DNA of 64,000 nt, taken from the NCBI GenBank assembly GCA_024137785.1, contig JAHRHZ010000009.1:26969216-27033215 (forward strand). Direction: 5' to 3'. Numbering within the stretch: position 1 is the stretch's first letter; the number at the start of each line of letters is the position of its first letter. Below, in pieces: positions 61,001-64,000 of this stretch. A model generated the notes under the pieces. That model worked only from the letters and a program-made list of their open reading frames with translations, ran no database searches and was not told the origin of the DNA. The stretch comes from Ginglymostoma cirratum. Its lineage: Eukaryota. The position numbers were made by a program, and so were the translations under genes.

Positions 61001-61877
61001 TGGATCATTGGCCTCGAAATTGCTGCCAGTGAAGAAAGACACTCAAATGGATTCAGTAATCTCTGGTGTACATTTTCCCTATCCTAATATAAATTTGAAT
61101 CTTTAGTCAGGTCAAGTAAATTTCCAGGTGTTTAACAACAGCAATGTCACGAAATTAATTTAGGCAGCCAACTGCAATCTAAGTATTTTCACAGACGGCG
61201 AGCTTAGAGGTGAAATGTACTGATTATCTTTCACTTTGCAATAGCATTTTATAGAGAGTGATATATATGATTAGAACATGCACATGAGATTAAGATAGTT
61301 ACATTTTCACAAACTTGAAAACATGTCAAATTTATTAAAAAATGCACATTTTTTCATAGTGGAGTAACCTGATAGTCCATAAATATTAAACTGGCTTTTC
61401 AAGGCCAGAGAGATTTTTCAAAAGTAATTATCACCCTAGTCCATGTTAAAAACCTAGCTATACTTCATTCGATAGGGTCTAACTTATTCACAGGTTTCAG
61501 TAGTGAGACTATTAGTATAAAATGGCAAGATCTCTTCAGCTATTTCTAACAGATCATAATCATGACTTTAACTGTGTACTCAAAGGGGAAGTCCAAACTC
61601 ACAGAAAGCAATATCTTGATTTTTGATTTTAACTGTGCATGTGCTGACTCCAGAAGTTACTATCTTTTTCAAGCATGACAGTGAATGCTGATTGTTTGCC
61701 ATCACTGACATGGCAAAATCCAAACTGTTATGTTCATGCCTTACTGTGAAATGTTTTTAAATGTCTGATTGCAAAGTACATGTGTATGAAATAATTCATG
61801 ATGGAACATCTTAATCTCTTTTAAGTCTGAATAACATTTCTATTTTTGGTTTTATTGCAGCACAACGATCATACTAA
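15979..61877 (+). CDS. scel: Sciellin-like (SCEL/ZNF185 family) LIM-domain protein; spliced CDS of 26 exons, about 625 aa
   Basis: Exons with AG/GT boundaries join in one open frame: 15979-16036, 18829-18925, 19679-19750, 21881-21946, 23665-23736, 25214-25279, 26521-26592, 30616-30681, 35907-35942, 37199-37246, 37611-37670, 39015-39104, 40226-40294, 40752-40826, 41784-41867, 43610-43693, 44029-44106, 45175-45246, 46477-46548, 49222-49308, 51135-51212, 52353-52427, 53965-54036, 57377-57485, 58461-58563, 61861-61877 (sum 1878 nt). The N-terminal KKRTRLINDGDWIKSKP...DVNYGKSALSR resembles sciellin as I recall it (KRRTFLQDNSWIKKRP...DENYGRVVLNR). The C-terminal LIM domain (KMILEELNINCHAACFKCQICHTSLENLSAGDNFWVH) resembles the sciellin LIM (KMILDELQICCHSTCFKCEICKQPLENLQAGDSIWIY). 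Orthologue versus paralogue is not established, and small exons may have been missed. Confidence 0.85.
16965..17070 (-). mobile_element. 3' half of the same short SINE family, inverted
   Basis: Reverse complement CTCAACCTCTCCCCTC...GTGGTGACCCTCAGGTTAAACCA...GGACTATGTTGACTTTACCTT aligns with 15403-15503. Confidence 0.6.
17320..17780. repeat. C-rich low-complexity tract (G-rich on the minus strand)
   Basis: Dense CCC/CAC/CTC runs with very few G residues. Confidence 0.7.
18493..18592 (-). mobile_element. Single-arm Penelope terminal fragment (family of 7092-7184)
   Basis: GAGATAACAAGG...GCTGGATGAACACAGCAGGCCAAGCAGCATC...CCTAGACCCTTCATCAG; the hammerhead GAAA box is degenerate. Confidence 0.8.
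18829..18925 (+). CDS. scel: scel-like coding exon 2: DEDRDQVIRETKKRTRLINDGDWIKSKPSDES
   Basis: tttcag acceptor, GTAAGT donor; conserved SCEL/ZNF185 N-terminal RT-x-L-x-D-x-x-WI motif. Confidence 0.9.
19679..19750 (+). CDS. scel: scel-like coding exon 3 (72 nt): QHMATDVNYGKSALSRAKSSEGLN
   Basis: taacag acceptor, GTAAAA donor, phase 2-2; sciellin-like DxNYG motif. Confidence 0.88.
19860..21325 (+). mobile_element. 5'-truncated CR1/HER1 LINE (decayed RT domain and 3' UTR)
   Basis: Frameshifted RT motifs PGNHRPV, SQHGF..KSC..NLIE, DVIYM, GVPQGS, YINDL, KFADDTKI, WQMELNVDKCEVLHFG; 3' tail ending CTCTATGACTCT. Confidence 0.95.
21881..21946 (+). CDS. scel: scel-like coding exon 4 (66 nt): SDSSKTSGLKSTTKADTIDGRK
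   Basis: Pyrimidine tract plus acacag, AG|GTGTGA donor, phase 2-2, open frame. Confidence 0.8.
23665..23736 (+). CDS. scel: scel-like coding exon 5 (72 nt): SSTWVINAGRKVVLNRYRSEEFLD
   Basis: CAGCAG acceptor, AG|GTAGAA donor; paralogous to exons 3 and 7. Confidence 0.85.
25214..25279 (+). CDS. scel: scel-like coding exon 6 (66 nt): RDTSSTTDLSKTQRASTLDRPT
   Basis: tag acceptor, AG|GTAAGA donor, phase 2-2; resembles sciellin KTYKANTLD. Confidence 0.85.
26521..26592 (+). CDS. scel: scel-like coding exon 7 (72 nt, or 75 nt from 26518): SSEPSHNLDNKVVLSRYRSEEVLN
   Basis: TAGCAG acceptor, AG|GTAGAA donor; 3' half nearly identical to exon 5. Confidence 0.85.
29345..30200 (-). mobile_element. Degenerate LINE (L2-like) 3' fragments
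   Basis: ATTCATGGGATGTG...CAGCATTTATTGCTC is the reverse complement of the tail shared with the 33846 SINE family; followed by purine-rich decayed LINE-like sequence. Confidence 0.5.
30616..30681 (+). CDS. scel: scel-like coding exon 8 (66 nt): SDKGSIDISSPTNKYSSLERKT
   Basis: ttacacag|TGA acceptor as in exon 4, AG|GTATGA donor, phase 2-2. Confidence 0.82.
31818..32079. mobile_element. Palindromic Penelope-type insertion (second family) with 15-bp TSD
   Basis: Imperfect arms of about 105 bp (31816-31922 and 31933-32039) with a loop of about 10 nt; TTTGGAAATTATTGA at 31803-31817 and 32080-32094; hammerhead-like TGATGA...GAAACGTC in the arms. Penelope origin is inferred from the architecture. 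Confidence 0.8.
32540..33125 (+). mobile_element. Highly decayed CR1-type LINE 3' end
   Basis: GATCTTATTGAA...TTTAAGACACAGATGAGGAGGAA...TGGAATTCTCTTCCCCAGAG motifs typical of CR1 3' ends. Confidence 0.6.
33405..33740 (+). mobile_element. CR1-type LINE 3' end
   Basis: GGAGAGTCTAGGACAAGAGGG...ACTGAGATAAGGAATTTCTTC...GAATGGCAGAGCAGGCTCAAGGGGCTGAATG, tail CTTATGATCTTATG. Confidence 0.7.
33846..34203 (+). mobile_element. Full-length tRNA-derived SINE with L2-like tail
   Basis: B box GGTTCAAATCC, body GTTCACTAACGTCCTTTAGGGAAGGAAACTGCC, tail GGGCAATAA...CATCCTGTGAAT; homologs at 48050, 55655/56468 and 1870 (minus). Confidence 0.75.
35907..35942 (+). CDS. scel: scel-like coding exon 9 (36 nt): RTSSYKTEELPK
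   Basis: ttgcag acceptor, GTGAGT donor, phase 2-2. Confidence 0.75.
37199..37246 (+). CDS. scel: scel-like coding exon 10 (48 nt): MTIITSETKTESPISK
   Basis: T-rich tract plus gaag acceptor, AG|GTAAGG donor, phase 2-2. Confidence 0.75.
37611..37670 (+). CDS. scel: scel-like coding exon 11 (60 nt): SQQSRTSPDGQVTTQEKSPT
   Basis: Strong pyrimidine tract plus tag, GTAAGC donor, phase 2-2. Confidence 0.82.
39015..39104 (+). CDS. scel: scel-like coding exon 12 (90 nt): KPILKWGSQKEETSKSSYVPKSSTLERNTS
   Basis: ggcag acceptor, GTGAGA donor, phase 2-2, open frame. Confidence 0.75.
40226..40294 (+). CDS. scel: scel-like coding exon 13 (69 nt): KTPTSAESDSLIDLTPTTESTSK
   Basis: ctctcctctttaaag acceptor, GG|GTAAGT donor; SLIDL family. 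Confidence 0.82.
40752..40826 (+). CDS. scel: scel-like coding exon 14 (75 nt): GSDFILKVGSKSLIDLSITPEQTNT
   Basis: ttcgcag acceptor, GTAAGA donor; SLIDL family. Confidence 0.82.
41020..41630 (+). mobile_element. Highly decayed CR1-type LINE 3' fragment
   Basis: TTGGAATACTGTGTCCAGTT...GAGAAACTGCTTCCACTGG...ATGGGCTGAATAGCCTTCTCCTGTGCT motifs. Confidence 0.55.
41784..41867 (+). CDS. scel: scel-like coding exon 15 (84 nt): KSPVTTPTAPARTSSLIDLSPSSPAKSK
   Basis: AAGAAG acceptor, AG|GTAAGT donor; SLIDL family. Confidence 0.82.
42950..43135 (+). mobile_element. CR1/HER1 LINE extreme 3' end
   Basis: Aligns with 21135-21320 (ACAACATTTAAAAGACATTTGG...GGACTGAAGGGTCTGTTTC). Confidence 0.8.
43610..43693 (+). 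CDS. scel: scel-like coding exon 16 (84 nt): RNSGEWDNTSYSTTTSTKTSFDPNSRKS
   Basis: ttttaacag acceptor, AG|GTATCA donor; WD-TTTSTK family. Confidence 0.85.
44029..44106 (+). CDS. scel: scel-like coding exon 17 (78 nt): RNSGNWDESSSYTTTSTKSTFNPRNS
   Basis: gaacag acceptor, AG|GTACTT donor; WD-TTTSTK family. Confidence 0.85.
45175..45246 (+). CDS. scel: scel-like coding exon 18 (72 nt): SGDWDEVTSYTTTSTKTTFNPRNS
   Basis: Paralog of exon 17. The homologous acceptor position reads CAT, so the next AG (gaacag) is taken; AG|GTATTT donor. Confidence 0.78.
46477..46548 (+). CDS. scel: scel-like coding exon 19 (72 or 69 nt): SSEDWDNTNSHTTTSTKTTFEPSS
   Basis: CAGCAG acceptor, AG|GTATTG donor; WD-TTTSTK family. 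Confidence 0.82.
47830..48048. mobile_element. Old degenerate palindromic Penelope-derived insertion
   Basis: TGCAGATGCTGGAAATCTGAA...CAGAGTTAATATTTCA left arm and ...ACAGATGCTGCCAG...TTTTTGTTTCAGAT right arm. Confidence 0.55.
48050..48385 (+). mobile_element. tRNA-derived SINE with L2-like tail (family of 33846)
   Basis: TGGATTAGTAATCCA head, GTAAAACCCATTTGGTTC, GTTGACTCTGAA, tail TGGCAACAAATGTTGG. Confidence 0.6.
49222..49308 (+). CDS. scel: scel-like coding exon 20 (87 nt): RSTSEHDLPKDEPSTYKSSTSYTKSSRTF
   Basis: ctttattgtag acceptor, AG|GTACAA donor, phase 2-2. Confidence 0.78.
51135..51212 (+). CDS. scel: scel-like coding exon 21 (78 nt): SSNSLNDKSPVVEPERYDSRSSYKEN
   Basis: tctctttcag acceptor, AG|GTATTT donor, phase 2-2. 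Confidence 0.82.
52353..52427 (+). CDS. scel: scel-like coding exon 22 (75 nt): SPPNEHLSEDGDSYRSPSYSKIRNS
   Basis: tttttatgtcag acceptor, AG|GTATGC donor, phase 2-2. Confidence 0.8.
53965..54036 (+). CDS. scel: scel-like coding exon 23 (72 nt): SSSLSDGKSPAKVISLTTAFTSAE
   Basis: tttctatag acceptor, GTAAGA donor, phase 2-2. Confidence 0.82.
54247..54458. mobile_element. Palindromic Penelope-type insertion (third family) with 14-bp TSD
   Basis: Arms of about 75 bp (54280-54355 and 54384-54459); CCAATTAGCTTAAA at 54233-54246 and 54459-54472. Confidence 0.82.
55433..55516 (+). pseudogene. Decayed duplicate exon (pseudoexon, or alternative terminal exon) related to exons 20 and 22
   Basis: tttttctatcag acceptor; ATCTTCCAAGGATGGTTCA resembles exon 22 ATCTTTCCGAGGATGGTGATTCA; 84 nt, phase 2-2 geometry, but in-frame TAA at 55491-55493 and AG|GCATTG where a GT donor is expected. 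Confidence 0.5.
55792..56467 (+). mobile_element. 5'-truncated Penelope-like retroelement: GIY-YIG endonuclease region plus 3' terminal repeat
   Basis: ORF 55801-56148 VYCIRCTRCGFLYIGETKRRLGDRFAEH...VANHFN...EQQIIFSLGTLQPNGIN has the VY/YIG motifs, the Arg, Glu and Asn catalytic-type residues and the CCHH pattern of Penelope endonucleases. Confidence 0.93.
56341..56371 (+). ncRNA. Minimal hammerhead ribozyme core in the Penelope terminal repeat
   Basis: CUGAUGAAGGGUUUAGGCCCGAAACGUC, with a short stem I (UUU/AAG). Confidence 0.72.
57377..57485 (+). CDS. scel: scel-like coding exon 24, first half of LIM domain: QRSSDKNKCSQCYKPIEHGAKMILEELNINCHAACFK
   Basis: ttgcag acceptor, AAG|GTATAA donor; C-x2-C-x19-H-x2-C. 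Confidence 0.95.
57612..57726 (-). mobile_element. Short tRNA-derived SINE
   Basis: Reverse complement GGTGCAGTTGGTAGTGTCCCTACC...GGATTCAAGTCTC has A/B-box-like motifs but no cloverleaf. Confidence 0.55.
58461..58563 (+). CDS. scel: scel-like coding exon 25, second half of LIM domain: CQICHTSLENLSAGDNFWVHQRVVHCENCYDQVK
   Basis: ttgcag acceptor, AAG|GTAAGT donor; C-x2-C-x21-C-x2-C. Confidence 0.95.
61861..61877 (+). CDS. scel: scel-like terminal coding exon: AQRSY-stop
   Basis: Strong acceptor (tttttggtttttattgcag); phase 1 matches exon 25; five-residue tail starting with Ala, like the sciellin AKWIP end. Confidence 0.8.
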
Positions 61878-63855
61878 ATTGATACATGGACAAGTTTATC
61901 AGTGTTTCAATGACTACGATTTCAGATTTATTGGGGTTAGGAGGATATATTTACGCTACATTATGAATTTTAGAAAAATCTCTTAAACCAATTACCATTC
62001 CTTTCTCTCATTGTAATTTCTGGACTTTACTGCAAAATAAAGGAATACCATTTCCTTAGTACTCTTTATGTATACATTATATTTTCGGGGGCAAATTGCT
62101 ACGAAAGGCCTGCATCAACGGAAGTGAAGTCACTGCTTAAAGAACAGCCATGAAATAACTGTTCCATTTGATCAGTATATTGGTGTACCAGGATCAAATG
62201 TGGTTTCTTTCTCGAAACGATGTTCACCAGCCTCTGCCATTGCAAATGGATAACCATTGTGTTTTTATTTTCTACCTGAATCTAGAGAATAGTATGTGTT
62301 GCCCAAATTATAAAAGAACTACAGATGAGATGTTGAAGTGGAATGGCATGTATTAATAGAACTGAAATCTTCTATCTGTTACCTGTATAGCAAAAACAGA
62401 TTCAGTTTTTCAAGGCAGAATTACATAACTTGAGAATACATCAGATCCAGTATGTTGAAAGGGCAGCCTATATATTACTGAGGGTTCAGGCCTGTTTATC
62501 TCTGCACAAATAGTTTGTTTAGTACTACAGCAAATTTGGAAATGTGTGAACTGTGATTTTTTTAAATTTGAAGAATTGGGGTAAATGGTATTGTGGGACA
62601 AAATCTGCTACATAGAATTACCATTGCATTGATTATGTCAACACTACCCTAATTACCATGACAAGATTGCATCTTTAAAGGCTGGCACTATTGTGAATTC
62701 AATATTTTGATGTTTCTGAAATTTAACAAATAGCTTTCAGGCAAGCTTAAGATTTGCAAAATTCTTAAGCATTATTTGAAAAAAAAGAGTTCTTTAAAAG
62801 CAAGGGACAGAAATTTGAAAGGAACACTTTATATCTAATTTCTGTAGTTAAACACTGCTTTTAGGGAGGTTTATATTTCTATATAGTATACAAAATCTGT
62901 AAATGATATTAGCATTTTATTTCAACTACTATTGATATCTATGTAACAAACAATCTGGGTCAAATTTTCTTTTTGCACATGTAGTCTTACAGCTGATTGT
63001 ACTGATGGAAGCCGCTGACAAGGTCATTCAAACAAGCTCACACACATATATGTCCACTGGCATTACACGTTGTGGTGAGATTTCCACCAGTAATTTATAG
63101 ATACCATTCTGTTTGTAGAACCACTCCTGCGGTAACAGCTTAAACATAACTTCAGTAAAAATCACATTGTTTATGCTTGTTCTTGCTCACGGTAGCAACA
63201 AGCAAAATCAATAAATATTCATTTTGCTTCTTCGAACACCACATCTAAATGCTGCAAGCAAGAAAATCTGGCCCATTTGTATTTAACATTTTTAAATATA
63301 GCTTTTAATAAACAAAAAGTATGGTTTGGATCAATTGAGACTTAAACAGAAAGTGGAATCAGTGGATCCATCAATCCTATCTTTAGAATTCTTGAACATC
63401 ATGTATGTTACTCGGAGATAGCTGTGATACATCATCTATAAAAGTAAAATCTTTTATATTCACTGGAGAATTAACTTGCGAAACTCAATTTTTTCATTAT
63501 TTTATTGAACAATTGAATTCACAATTGCATCAGGAACGGTGAAATTGAGGACACTAAAATCTTTGAAAGCTCAACCTGCCTTATTCAACACCTCTTGTAA
63601 TTGAGAGTAAACATAAACATTGAACCAAAATTCAGTGGTGAGAATAAACACATTAGCAGGAACAATGCTTTGGTGGATCAAACGATCATTTGTCAGAAGC
63701 AAACAACAATCTGAGTTCCGATTTTAAATGAAGTCTTTGTGTCAGGAATATGTTAACTAAAATTATGTGCTATGTACTAATGCATGAATATTTAGCAAGA
63801 AAAAATGTTGGTACAGTACTATTTTGTTAATGATCTCTAATATTATGTTAATAAA
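61878..63855 (+). terminator. AT-rich 3' UTR with candidate poly(A) signals
   Basis: AATAAA at 62036, 63210, 63307, 63643 and 63850. Which one is used cannot be determined from sequence. Confidence 0.45.
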
Positions 63856-64000
63856 AAGGAAGAACTGACCAAATTAGGTAAATACTGTTGTCCTTTAATG
63901 ATGTGCTTATTCCATTCCTTACTTGGAAATCACTTTTGATTTTTTTCTTTTATTTATACATTTTATTTGACCCAGCTTTTCTGATATCATTTTAGTCATA

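Overview
AT-rich, CpG-depleted vertebrate genomic DNA. The repeat content (HE1/V-SINEs, DeuSINE-like SINEs, CR1/HER1 LINEs, Penelope-like elements) points to a cartilaginous fish (shark); this is an inference. The window holds one apparently complete + strand gene, a sciellin (SCEL)/ZNF185-family LIM-domain gene, which I assembled by hand from 26 coding exons (ATG 15979, TAA 61875-61877, 1878 nt, about 625 aa). A candidate TATA promoter lies at 14771. Twenty-one consecutive internal exons are symmetric phase 2-2 cassettes, most of them in four exon-duplication families that do not look like the mammalian sciellin repeat, and there is one stop-containing decayed copy just before the LIM exons. 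The most unusual non-genic signal is a recurring class of short palindromic Penelope-derived insertions with 14-15 bp target-site duplications that carry minimal hammerhead-ribozyme cores, in the best case on both strands. None of the long ORFs in the supplied track is a stand-alone gene. All calls were made by eye, with no database search.
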